DNA of 64,000 nt. Source: an uncultured Vicinamibacteraceae bacterium (GTDB taxonomy: Bacteria > Acidobacteriota > Vicinamibacteria > Vicinamibacterales > UBA8438). The notes beneath the pieces were generated by a model. The model was given only the letters and a program-made list of their open reading frames with translations. It had not been told where the DNA came from and made no database searches. Where the stretch lies: positions 2,249 through 66,248 of the forward strand of contig CAZUZW010000005.1 of the NCBI GenBank assembly GCA_964624855.1. Reading direction: 5' to 3'. Positions 9,743-22,183 of this stretch are shown piece after piece (within the stretch, counting starts at the first letter, position 1; the number at the start of each line of letters is the position of its first letter). The position numbers and the translations under genes are program-made.

Positions 9743-9895
9743 GACCAAACCCAAAGTAACCAACGTCGCCTTAAGAGGCGAAACATTATACTTTAATCAA
9801 TCGCCATACACTGCGAGCTGTCTGCACTAACGAACGACCTGTTATGAGAACACCTCTTGCAAAGCCGGAGAGTTTATTCCCGACGACCTAATGCT

Positions 9896-11482
9896 ATGAA
9901 GATCATTATTGCCGATTCTCTACCTGACTCTGCTGCAGCCCTCCTTCGAGAACAAGGATGGACTGTCGATTCACGTGCTGGCAGGCCATTTCCTGAGTTA
10001 CTTGATGACATGGCCGACGCTGACGGCCTGATAGTCAGAAGCGCCACTAAGGTCACAAAGGAGCTCATGACAGCGGCCCCGCAACTGCGTATCATCGCGC
10101 GCGCAGGTACCGGCGTTGACAATGTCGACTTAAGCGCAGCAGACGAAAACGGCATTTTGGTCGTGAACGCTCCTGGTGCGAATAGCATCAGTGTTGCCGA
10201 ACACGCCTGTGCACTACTTCTGGCACTCTCACGTCACATCGCAAGAGCTGATAACCAAATGAAGCGAGGCCTATGGGAAAAGAAATCCTTGCAAGGCGCT
10301 GAGCTACGCGGAAAGACACTTGGAATACTTGGTCTCGGTCGAATTGGCTGCGAGGTTGCTCGACGTGCCGCTGCTTTCGAAATGACCGTTGTTGCGTACG
10401 ATCCTTTTATCTCAACTCAGCACGCAGGGGACCTAGCCGTTGAACTGCTATCACTAGATGAACTGAGAACGCGATCGGATTACATCACGTTGCACATTCC
10501 TTCGACCGCGGCTACAGTCCAACTAATTGACCGTGCCTGGCTGACACAATGTAAACCGGGGGTGCGAATAGTAAACACAGCTCGTGGCGACCTCATCGAC
10601 GAAACAGCTCTACTCGAAGGACTCACCTCGAACCAGGTTGCTGGAGCTGCACTTGACGTATTTCAAGTCGAACCGCCAATCAACGAAGAACTTACCGGCC
10701 ATCCAAACGTTGTCGCCACCCCGCATATAGCAGCTTCGACCAAGGAAGCCCAAGAACTCGTTGGCGTCGAAACAGCTACATGTGTTCGAGATTTCTTGAA
10801 GTCAGGCCTGGTTCGTAATGCAGTCAATTTTCCAACCGTTTCACCGGAGGAATCTAAACAGCTTCAACCCTACATGGTGCTAGCGGAAAGACTGGGAAGC
10901 CTGCTCGGCCAACTCACAGACGACAGAGTCGAAGGAGTCGGGGTCAGGTACTACGGTGAGTTGTCAGAAAAAAAGCACGACATGTTAGTCGGCGCGGTCT
11001 TGGTAGGGTTGTTCAAGCAGGTTCTCTCCTCAACAGTGACACTCGTTAATGCACGATCAATAGCAGACCAACGCGGCGTGGAAGTTGTTGAATCTCAGAG
11101 CTCTCGAAGTAGAGATTTCACTAGTTTAATTTCTGTAAAGCTCTACACTAACGCTGGCGAGCGTTGGGCGGAAGGCGCGGTCTTCGCCCCGAATGAACCA
11201 CGCCTGGTGCTATTGGACGGCGTGCCGATCGAATCACCCCTTCACGGAACACTGATCATTGTTAAGAACAGCGATCAACCTGGTGTAATCGGTGAGGTTG
11301 GAACAGTTCTTGGAAAACACGACGTCAACATTGCCACTTTTGCTCTAGGGCGTGGCCCGTCTGGTGCAGTTGGCGTCGTGAATGTCGAGTCCAATGACGA
11401 ATCGGGGGAACTAAAAGACCAAGTATTAGAGGAACTGCGACAGATACCAGCGGTATCGGATACTCGGACCGTTCGTTTCTAA
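9896..11482 (+). CDS. serA: D-3-phosphoglycerate dehydrogenase (long form with ASB and ACT domains)
   Basis: GLGRIGCEVARR NAD-binding motif and a C-terminal ACT-like LIIVKNSDQPGVIGEVGTVLGKHDVNIATFALGR. The start is placed at ATG 9896 (MKIIIADS..., a typical SerA N-terminus) rather than the TTG at 9857 in the ORF track. Confidence 0.9.
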   Translation: MKIIIADSLPDSAAALLREQGWTVDSRAGRPFPELLDDMADADGLIVRSATKVTKELMTAAPQLRIIARAGTGVDNVDLSAADENGILVVNAPGANSISVAEHACALLLALSRHIARADNQMKRGLWEKKSLQGAELRGKTLGILGLGRIGCEVARRAAAFEMTVVAYDPFISTQHAGDLAVELLSLDELRTRSDYITLHIPSTAATVQLIDRAWLTQCKPGVRIVNTARGDLIDETALLEGLTSNQVAGAALDVFQVEPPINEELTGHPNVVATPHIAASTKEAQELVGVETATCVRDFLKSGLVRNAVNFPTVSPEESKQLQPYMVLAERLGSLLGQLTDDRVEGVGVRYYGELSEKKHDMLVGAVLVGLFKQVLSSTVTLVNARSIADQRGVEVVESQSSRSRDFTSLISVKLYTNAGERWAEGAVFAPNEPRLVLLDGVPIESPLHGTLIIVKNSDQPGVIGEVGTVLGKHDVNIATFALGRGPSGAVGVVNVESNDESGELKDQVLEELRQIPAVSDTRTVRF

Positions 11483-11513
11483 GTAGCGCCAAGCCTACGG
11501 TCGCCCGGAGGGT

Positions 11514-14828
<3,315 letters not shown>

Positions 14829-14848
14829 CACCTAAAGTAAACCCTGAA

Positions 14849-15766
14849 ATGCCGGCCCCCGCAACCACTCTTGAGCGTCTCGATGACCGACTTATTACTG
14901 CCATTGAACTTTTGGCTGCATGTAGTGGCCGCGTCGTCGTTACAGGAATGGGAAAGTCAGGAATCATTGCTCGAAAGATTGCTGCAACGTTATCGAGCAC
15001 AGGCACCGCAGCGTATTTTCTCCATCCAGCCGAAGCAGTCCACGGCGATCTCGGAGTGATTCAACCTGACGATCTTTTATTGATTGTGTCTCAGAGCGGC
15101 GAAACACCAGAGATTTTGCGATTACTGGAAACTCTAAGCCGACTTGGAGCACGGTTAATCTCTATTACTGGCGCGCCCGAAAGCACACTCGGGACAACCG
15201 CCGACGTCACACTTGATTGTCACGTCGACAGCGAAGCGTGTCCAATGAACTTGGCGCCTACTGCAAGCACAACTGCCGCTTTGGCACTCGGCGACGCACT
15301 CGCAATGACTCTTCTCGTTCACAAAGGTTTCCGGGAAGAAGATTTCGCTAGTCTTCATCCTGGTGGCTACCTTGGCAAACGCCTGCTGCAGGTCTCCCGA
15401 CTCATGCATTCTGGCGAGGAGTTGCCGCGAGTATCAAAGTCTGCCGGCTTGACTGAGGTTGTGGCGGTGATTTCATCTAAACAGCTCGGGATGGTCTGCG
15501 TTACTGACGCTGACGGCGCTCTCGCCGTTATCATCACCGACGGGGACCTTCGAAGAAAATTAGTAGAACCCGCGTCACTAACGAATCAGACAGCCGAAAG
15601 CCTGATGACACCGTCCCCACATACGATTAATGATTCAGTGCTGGCCGCCCAGGCGCTAAATCTGATGGAAACACACCGTGTGACATCACTTGTCGTTGTC
15701 GATGGAAATAAAATAGTAATGGGCGTATTACATCTTCACGACCTCTGGAGGACCCAACTTTTCTAG
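14849..15766 (+). CDS. kdsD: arabinose-5-phosphate isomerase (SIS domain plus CBS pair)
   Basis: SIS motif VVVTGMGKSG and a C-terminal tandem CBS region. It lies in the Kdo gene cluster. Confidence 0.88.
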   Translation: MPAPATTLERLDDRLITAIELLAACSGRVVVTGMGKSGIIARKIAATLSSTGTAAYFLHPAEAVHGDLGVIQPDDLLLIVSQSGETPEILRLLETLSRLGARLISITGAPESTLGTTADVTLDCHVDSEACPMNLAPTASTTAALALGDALAMTLLVHKGFREEDFASLHPGGYLGKRLLQVSRLMHSGEELPRVSKSAGLTEVVAVISSKQLGMVCVTDADGALAVIITDGDLRRKLVEPASLTNQTAESLMTPSPHTINDSVLAAQALNLMETHRVTSLVVVDGNKIVMGVLHLHDLWRTQLF

Positions 15767-15789
15767 ATTGCTCTCCGAGAACGCCGATC

Positions 15790-17010
15790 ATGATCGACAG
15801 TATAGTAATCATTGCCTCGTTACTTAGCCTTCTAATAGGGCTCGCCGTGGGCAAGGCCTGGGAACGTTACAAACTTCAGGAGGGCCGGTGGATCGATCGA
15901 CGAAAAGCCCGGGAATCTCCTCACTACATCTTGGGTTTGAATTTTCTAGCCTCCAATCAATTGGACTTGGCGATCGAAGAACTGACGAAAGCTGCCAAGC
16001 TACATCCTGACACTCTCGATATTCACTTAATTCTCGGAAACCTTTACCGCGAGAAAGGTCAGGTCAGCAAAGCAATCCAAGTACATCAAAGCCTTCTCCA
16101 ACGTCCTCGCCTAACAAGGTTGCAGCATGCCTATGTCTTATTCTCATTAGGACTCGATTTTAAACGAGGTGGCTTTGTAGACCGCGCGTTCGAAGCATTC
16201 TCTGAAGTCGTTAAGCTCGATTCTGGAAATCGATATGCTTTGCTAAATCTCGAAAAACTACACGAGGAACAACACCAATGGCGAGAAGCTCAGGTGCTCC
16301 GCCAACGAATGGATGAAGCTGCCGCCGATCCTGAAGGCCCAGAAGATCAAGCAATCGTAGCTTTTCTGGAGAATGAATTAGGACTCCAAGCTATGCGCGG
16401 AGATGCGCTTGAACAAGCCACCCGACATTTCGAAACCGCTATCGACCTCAATCGACAGACCGTTCCAGCGTACCTAAATCTAGGTGATGTTCAGTTGAGG
16501 ATGGGGCAAACAGACAGGGCTATCGCAACTTGGACCGAAATGCTAAAAGTGACTCCTGAAAGGTCTTACCTAGCTTTTGGTCGACTAGAAGCCGCGTACT
16601 CTGACAATGGGACACCGGCGCGTTTCCTCGAACTTTGCCAACGTCTGATTGACGCGAATCCACAGGATTGGCGGGCACGTTTGGCCATCGGCCAATATCA
16701 CGCGAGTCATGGCGAGCTCTCAAAAGCCCTCGACCTCTTGTTTGAGTCCCTTGTCCATAATCCTCACGCACTCGCAATTCATCAGGCGATCTGGCGCACG
16801 CTAATCAAGCTGGACTTCAATCAGAATCTGGTTCGTCGCTACGTCGGTTTAACCCACGATGCGGTGTTCTATCTCGACCCCCATGTCTGTATGCGCTGTC
16901 GATACCGAAGCACGGAATTGTTATGGCAATGTCCACAGTGTCACGAGTGGAATACATTTATTGAGGAAAGAATAGCTCCAGCTGAAGAGACTGAGGAAAC
17001 TCCGGCGTGA
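15790..17010 (+). CDS. lapB: lipopolysaccharide assembly protein B (TPR plus rubredoxin-like zinc finger)
   Basis: An N-terminal TM helix, TPR repeats and a C-terminal CMRCRYRSTELLWQCPQCHEWNTF metal-binding motif, as in LapB/YciM. Confidence 0.85.
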   Translation: MIDSIVIIASLLSLLIGLAVGKAWERYKLQEGRWIDRRKARESPHYILGLNFLASNQLDLAIEELTKAAKLHPDTLDIHLILGNLYREKGQVSKAIQVHQSLLQRPRLTRLQHAYVLFSLGLDFKRGGFVDRAFEAFSEVVKLDSGNRYALLNLEKLHEEQHQWREAQVLRQRMDEAAADPEGPEDQAIVAFLENELGLQAMRGDALEQATRHFETAIDLNRQTVPAYLNLGDVQLRMGQTDRAIATWTEMLKVTPERSYLAFGRLEAAYSDNGTPARFLELCQRLIDANPQDWRARLAIGQYHASHGELSKALDLLFESLVHNPHALAIHQAIWRTLIKLDFNQNLVRRYVGLTHDAVFYLDPHVCMRCRYRSTELLWQCPQCHEWNTFIEERIAPAEETEETPA

Positions 17011-17034
17011 ATACGTCCGAGTCAATCACGTGAG

Positions 17035-17655
17035 TTGAATGTGGGAATCCTTAGAATTGCACTGACAGGTGGCATAGCTACCGGAAAATCACACGTTCTC
17101 AAGAGATTTCACTCCTACGGTATCCCTACAATTGACGCCGATAGAATCGCTAGAGATGTCGTCCAGGTCGACTACCCTGCCAATGCCAGTATTCGCAGAC
17201 TGTTCGGTGAAAGTATCTTCCAGAAGGACGGTCAGATTGACCGCAAAAAACTAGCCGACCGGATTTTTGATAGTACGCCAGATCGGAAAGCACTCGAGGA
17301 CATCATTCATCCGTACGTAAGGAAGAATATCGACAAGTGGTTCGATCAAATCGCACTTAACGAACATGCTCGCTTTGCCATTGCAGCTATACCTCTACTG
17401 TTTGAAACGAATCGCCAAGCGGACTTTGACCTCGTGCTGTTAACAGCTTGCCAACCGGACAATCAATTAAACCGCCTTATCAAACGCGATGGAATCGACG
17501 ACATCGAGGCCAAGAAACGAATCAATGCGCAACTACCTAGTCGACAGAAGGAAGAGGGCGCCGACTTTATTATCCGCACCGACGGTAGTTATGTTGAGAC
17601 AGAACAGCAAATCAGTGATGTCTTTAAGGCCTTAATAGCTAACTTGGAAAAATAA
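17035..17655 (+). CDS. coaE: dephospho-CoA kinase
   Basis: P-loop LTGGIATGKS and the overall CoaE layout. TTG start; an in-frame GTG at 17041 is an alternative. Confidence 0.9.
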   Translation: MNVGILRIALTGGIATGKSHVLKRFHSYGIPTIDADRIARDVVQVDYPANASIRRLFGESIFQKDGQIDRKKLADRIFDSTPDRKALEDIIHPYVRKNIDKWFDQIALNEHARFAIAAIPLLFETNRQADFDLVLLTACQPDNQLNRLIKRDGIDDIEAKKRINAQLPSRQKEEGADFIIRTDGSYVETEQQISDVFKALIANLEK

Positions 17656-17678
17656 ACCGAGTTGCGAGCTCTTCGATG

Positions 17679-18662
17679 TCAGAGTTGTCTTTTCGTCTCA
17701 GCAAGACGAAGTTCGGCCGCACGAATCGTGTTTGACATCAACACCGCGATAGTCAGTGGACCAACACCACCAGGCACTGGAGTAAGAGCGCCAGCCACCG
17801 CGCTGACTTCCGGATGGACATCTCCTGTAACCACCGCTCCCCGCTTCTCAAAAGCAGCCATCTTTCTTGTCTCAGGACCAAATTTATGTTCAACCTCTGC
17901 ACGGTCGTCCAATCGGTTCATGCCAACATCGATCACTGTTGCGCCCGGCTTCACAAATGCTCTCCTGACAAACGCTGGACGGCCAATCGCAGCGACGAGA
18001 ATATCTGCCGTCGACGCTACCTGTGCCAAATTGACTGTTCGTGAATGACAGATCGTTACAGTAGCGTTCTTGTGCAATAGCAAAGCCGCCATTGGTTTTC
18101 CAACAATATCACTCCGGCCGATCACTACCACCTGTCGACCGCTAATCTCAATTTCACAACGCTGGAGCAATTCCATGATTCCAGTTGGAGTACACGGGGT
18201 CAACGCCTCTCTGTTCTGCATCAAACGCCCTACGTTGACGGGACTAAAACCATCCACATCCTTGGTTGGATCAATCGCATCAAATACCTGTTTCTCTGCG
18301 TCAGGACCCATTCCTTTCGGTAGAGGGGACTGTACAAGAATGCCATCGTGTTGCGGGCTGTCATTAAAGCTACGAACGATAGTCAATGCCTCATCCAAAG
18401 ATGCCCTATCGTCCAGCCGGCGAAGATCGGTCGCCATTCCAAGGTCCTCCCCACTTTTCATCTTGTTCCTCACATATATTTCAGAACCTGGGTCATTGCC
18501 GGCCAAGAGTATGCCCAGAGTGGGCGGCCGCCCCGCCTTCTGGCAGAAGGCGTCTACACGTGACCTCAGCCCTTCCCGAATCTCCGTAGCAACAGCAGTC
18601 CCATCTAAACGCTGCGCTTCTTGAGTTTCTTTGTCTATTGAATCGTCAGGATTATCTGTCAT
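17679..18662 (-). CDS. folD: bifunctional methylenetetrahydrofolate dehydrogenase/cyclohydrolase
   Basis: GRSDIVGKPMAALL and PGGVGPLTIAVLM. The start is placed at ATG 18662, which is preceded by GAGGAA. The upstream ATG at 18686 (the ORF-track start) has no Shine-Dalgarno. Confidence 0.9.
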   Translation of the reverse strand: MTDNPDDSIDKETQEAQRLDGTAVATEIREGLRSRVDAFCQKAGRPPTLGILLAGNDPGSEIYVRNKMKSGEDLGMATDLRRLDDRASLDEALTIVRSFNDSPQHDGILVQSPLPKGMGPDAEKQVFDAIDPTKDVDGFSPVNVGRLMQNREALTPCTPTGIMELLQRCEIEISGRQVVVIGRSDIVGKPMAALLLHKNATVTICHSRTVNLAQVASTADILVAAIGRPAFVRRAFVKPGATVIDVGMNRLDDRAEVEHKFGPETRKMAAFEKRGAVVTGDVHPEVSAVAGALTPVPGGVGPLTIAVLMSNTIRAAELRLAETKRQL

Positions 18663-18809
18663 GAGGCAATTTCCTCGCGCGATCATTATTTCAGGTTTCG
18701 ACTATGTTTCGATAGAATGCCGTTCGGTCAACTAATACCCAATACTTGAATCCACTCCGGGAAAATCAATGATTACATCAATACCGAGATTTTATAAGAG
18801 TCAAACCCT

Positions 18810-20171
18810 ATGACAGCAAACAGGGGAACTTGGGGAACTCGAGCGGGTTTTATTTTGGCAGCAGCTGGTTCCGCTGTTGGACTTGGAAACATTTGGGGGT
18901 TTCCCACACAAGTCGGTCAAGGTGGTGGCGCAACTTTTGTTCTAGTTTACCTTCTGTGTGTGCTGTTCATCTGCATGCCAATTATGATTGCCGAGTTTTC
19001 TATCGGTCGTCGTAGTCAACAATCGCCGGTTGGATCATTCGACCAGATCAGTCCGGGTACATCGTGGTGGCTGGTTGGCGGTCTTGGGGTTTTAACCGGT
19101 GCCGGTATTCTTTCTTTCTACAGCGTGATCGCAGGTTGGACCGTCGCCTATGTCTGGTTCACTCTAACCGACCAAGTTGGGAGCAACCAAGACGCTATCG
19201 GTTTATTCTTTGCCAATTTCACAGCAAATGCTTCTGCCAATGTAGCGTTAACTCTTTTGGTGCTGGGGATAACGGCTCTGGTGCTGCTAGGAGGCGTCAA
19301 ATCAGGAATCGAACGAGTGACAAAACTGCTTATGCCTGCACTTATCGCCCTGTTGATTCTTCTTGCAGCACAAGCATCCACCTTACCAGGAGCCGCTGCA
19401 GGTATTTCTTACTACCTAAAACCAGACTTCTCCCGCTTACTCGACCCAACCATCTATAGCGCCGCATTGGGACAAGCTTTCTTTTCGTTGAGTCTTGGAA
19501 TGGGTGCAATGATCACATATGGCAGTTACCTACGGAAGCGAGAAGGCATTGCCAGCTCCGCGATCTTGGTGGTTCTTCTTGACACCATGATCGCACTCCT
19601 GGCCGGTTTTATCATCTTCCCGGCTGGATTCTCGATTCCGGACTTTGACCCCACCAGTAGCGGACCGGGTTTAATTTTCACCGTTCTTCCACGCCTCTTT
19701 TCCACACTGCCAGGAGGCCTATTCTTCGGCACGACGTTCTTCGTTCTTCTGACAATGGCGGCGCTGACATCCATGATCTCTTTATTGGAAGTCCCCGTAT
19801 CGCACTTTGTCGACGCTTACGACTGGACTCGGACTCGTTCCGTCACCCTCGTAACTGGTGTGGTGCTGCTATTTTCAATTCCTTCTGCGTTATCGGCGGG
19901 TTCTGTTGATTTTTTTTCACGATTGCCAACTTTTAATGTCGACTTTCTTACTCTTATGTCCACCGTCTGGAACGACTTTGCCCTGCCTATCGGAGGGTTA
20001 CTGACTGCCGTTTTTGTGGGGTGGGTCTGGAAAATCGATGGGGCTCTTGCAGAACTCAAACTGCACGATGCATGGTTCCCCTCGCCACAGTTGTGGGGCT
20101 TCCTAATTCGATGGATCTGCCCGCTAGGTATTCTGGCAATCATCGTTCCTGCGGTGGTGAATCTGTTATAA
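18810..20171 (+). CDS. sodium-dependent transporter, neurotransmitter:sodium symporter (SNF) family
   Basis: N-terminal GFILAAAGSAVGLGNIWGFP signature and about 11-12 hydrophobic segments. Confidence 0.88.
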   Translation: MTANRGTWGTRAGFILAAAGSAVGLGNIWGFPTQVGQGGGATFVLVYLLCVLFICMPIMIAEFSIGRRSQQSPVGSFDQISPGTSWWLVGGLGVLTGAGILSFYSVIAGWTVAYVWFTLTDQVGSNQDAIGLFFANFTANASANVALTLLVLGITALVLLGGVKSGIERVTKLLMPALIALLILLAAQASTLPGAAAGISYYLKPDFSRLLDPTIYSAALGQAFFSLSLGMGAMITYGSYLRKREGIASSAILVVLLDTMIALLAGFIIFPAGFSIPDFDPTSSGPGLIFTVLPRLFSTLPGGLFFGTTFFVLLTMAALTSMISLLEVPVSHFVDAYDWTRTRSVTLVTGVVLLFSIPSALSAGSVDFFSRLPTFNVDFLTLMSTVWNDFALPIGGLLTAVFVGWVWKIDGALAELKLHDAWFPSPQLWGFLIRWICPLGILAIIVPAVVNLL

Positions 20172-20178
20172 AGACAGC

Positions 20179-21573
20179 GTGGACCAACTAACCCAGACTA
20201 TCCAAGCCATTGATGCGGTTGTGTGGCAGCCGTTTGCGATGCCGTTAATCTTGGTCATTGTGGGCGGCCTAGTGACAGTCACCACCGGTTTTGTGCAAGT
20301 CCGACATTTTACCCTTGCCGCAAAAACTGTGGCTGACGGAATCTTCCGAAGGTCCAGTGGTGGAGAAGGAACAATTACGCCCTTTCAAGCCTTATCTACT
20401 GCCTTGGCATCCACAGTAGGCAATGGAAACATCGGGGGAGTTGCAACTGCCATTCTAATCGGTGGCCCAGGCGCCATTGCATGGATGTGGATCTGTGCCG
20501 CCGTCGGGATGGCCACCAAATACGCTGAAGCCGTCCTTGGTGTTCATTTTCGTGTGACTCGAGAAAATGGGGAATTGGCCAGTGGCCCGATGTATTACAT
20601 CTCGCGCGGTATCCCGATTAAGGCACTTGGCCGTCCACTTGCCTATCTCTTTGCCTTCTTTGGCGCAAGTGGCGCACTTCTCGGCACGGGAAATATGGCC
20701 CAGTCAAACACGGTAGCGCGCACCTTCATCGAAGCTGCCAGCAGCGTTGGCTGGGAAGACGTTCCAGCCTGGATTCCAGGCCTATTAATCACAATCGCCG
20801 TTGGACTCGTTTTACTTGGTGGTATTCGACGGATTGCTTCCGTAGCTGAACGAATCGTGCCAAGCATGATCGCACTCTACTTTCTAACGACACTAACGTA
20901 TCTGTTTCTTAATATCACCGAAGTTCCGAACGTTGTGATGTTAATCATCGGCAGCGCTCTCACTCCATCTGCTGCCGTCGGAGGCTTCGTAGGAGCTTCC
21001 TTTTCCCAGGTAATCGCCGCCGGTGTCAGCCGCGGTGTACTGTCAAACGAGGCCGGGCTCGGTACGGCACCAATCGCTCACGGCATCGCTAAAGTCAAGC
21101 ACCCGAGTGAGCAAGGTTTAGTCGGAGTATTTGAAGTGTTCATCGACACGATAGTCGTCTGTTCACTTACAGCGTTTGTAATTCTCACCTCTAATCTTTG
21201 GACCGATCCCAACTATCAAAACTCCAGCGGTGACCTAACCGCTGCCGCATTGTCGACGTCAGTCCCGTTCGCGTCGCTCTTAGTAGCCTTATGCTCATTT
21301 ATGTTCGGCTTTTCAACATTGATAGGCTGGTCTTACTACGGGGAGAAATGTGTCGAGTTTATCGCCGGTTCTCGTGCGATCACTCCCTACCGCATTGTTT
21401 TTACCCTTCTGATTCTGGTGGGCGCCGTCGTGTCCGTGGAATTAGTCTGGGCCCTAGGGACACTTCTTAATGGTTTTATGGCCTTTCCGAACCTCATCGG
21501 CATACTCTTTCTCATCGGCACGGTAAAACAGTTGACGCAAGAGTACTTTACAAAGACCTCTCCAAAGCTTTGA
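20179..21573 (+). CDS. alanine/glycine:cation symporter (AGCS) family transporter
   Basis: FQALSTALASTVGNGNIGGVATAI and GGPGAIAWMW signatures. Polytopic membrane protein. Confidence 0.88.
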   Translation: MDQLTQTIQAIDAVVWQPFAMPLILVIVGGLVTVTTGFVQVRHFTLAAKTVADGIFRRSSGGEGTITPFQALSTALASTVGNGNIGGVATAILIGGPGAIAWMWICAAVGMATKYAEAVLGVHFRVTRENGELASGPMYYISRGIPIKALGRPLAYLFAFFGASGALLGTGNMAQSNTVARTFIEAASSVGWEDVPAWIPGLLITIAVGLVLLGGIRRIASVAERIVPSMIALYFLTTLTYLFLNITEVPNVVMLIIGSALTPSAAVGGFVGASFSQVIAAGVSRGVLSNEAGLGTAPIAHGIAKVKHPSEQGLVGVFEVFIDTIVVCSLTAFVILTSNLWTDPNYQNSSGDLTAAALSTSVPFASLLVALCSFMFGFSTLIGWSYYGEKCVEFIAGSRAITPYRIVFTLLILVGAVVSVELVWALGTLLNGFMAFPNLIGILFLIGTVKQLTQEYFTKTSPKL

Positions 21574-22183
21574 CATAATCAGAAACCCGTTGTGCTGGTC
21601 GATTTCCCTCGAGAAGGTCTGAGATCACTGCTACGCTCGTAGCACCTGCTCTCCTAACCTCCATTGCCCGTTCAAGGTTGATACCACCAATCGCAACAAC
21701 GGGACGAAAGGGCCGCATCTTAGAAGCCCTCGTCACCAGTTTGAGTCCCACTTCCTCATATCCTGTGTTCTTTGTAGAGGTTTTGTAAACCGGACCAACT
21801 GCGACATAGTCGATCGGTGCGCTAACCGATTCCTTCAGTTGTTCGGGAGTGTGCACCGACAGTCCAACGATTAATCGGCTGCTCAAGTGCTTCCGAACAT
21901 CCGTTGGCGCTACATCAAGCTGCCCAACATGAACTCCCGCTGCACCAGCCATCACGGCAATATCAGCCCTATCGTTCACAATCACTTGAGCATCATAGTC
22001 AGCAGCATCCCGTACAACACGATCACACCAACCAAGATAATCGTAACTGGCCACTGACGGAGCGCGAACTTGCACCAACCTCGCGCCGCCAGCCAGGTAC
22101 TCTCGTGCGAGATCGCATACTTCCCAGCCTTTGTTGAGCGCCGTCTGATAATCGACGATCGCATAAAGCGGCGGGAGTTTCAT
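21548..22183 (-). CDS. thiE: thiamine-phosphate synthase
   Basis: TMP-TENI fold: LYAIVD, VIVNDRADIAVMAGAAGVHVGQ, GPVYKTSTK and VAIGGIN. It overlaps the accC stop by 4 nt. Confidence 0.85.
   Translation of the reverse strand: MKLPPLYAIVDYQTALNKGWEVCDLAREYLAGGARLVQVRAPSVASYDYLGWCDRVVRDAADYDAQVIVNDRADIAVMAGAAGVHVGQLDVAPTDVRKHLSSRLIVGLSVHTPEQLKESVSAPIDYVAVGPVYKTSTKNTGYEEVGLKLVTRASKMRPFRPVVAIGGINLERAMEVRRAGATSVAVISDLLEGNRPAQRVSDYVKALERSL

Noticed and set aside
18070-18624. 184-aa plus-strand ORF antisense to folD. The same applies to 8061..8384, 7353..7757, 23791..24078, 42119..42550, 53294..53632, 58917..59285 and 61852..62247.
   Set aside because: All lie fully inside well-supported genes on the opposite strand. 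They have Ser/Arg/Pro/Thr-biased composition typical of antisense frames, and no ribosome-binding sites or motifs.
18687-18809. Expected glycine riboswitch or other leader upstream of the two amino-acid symporters. Likewise an FMN element before ribD (52957..52986) and a TPP element before either thiE-family gene.
   Set aside because: I could not find the conserved cores by eye, and the available gaps (123 nt, 30 nt, and a 4-nt overlap or 103 nt) are too short or lack the motifs. A covariance-model scan would be the decisive test.
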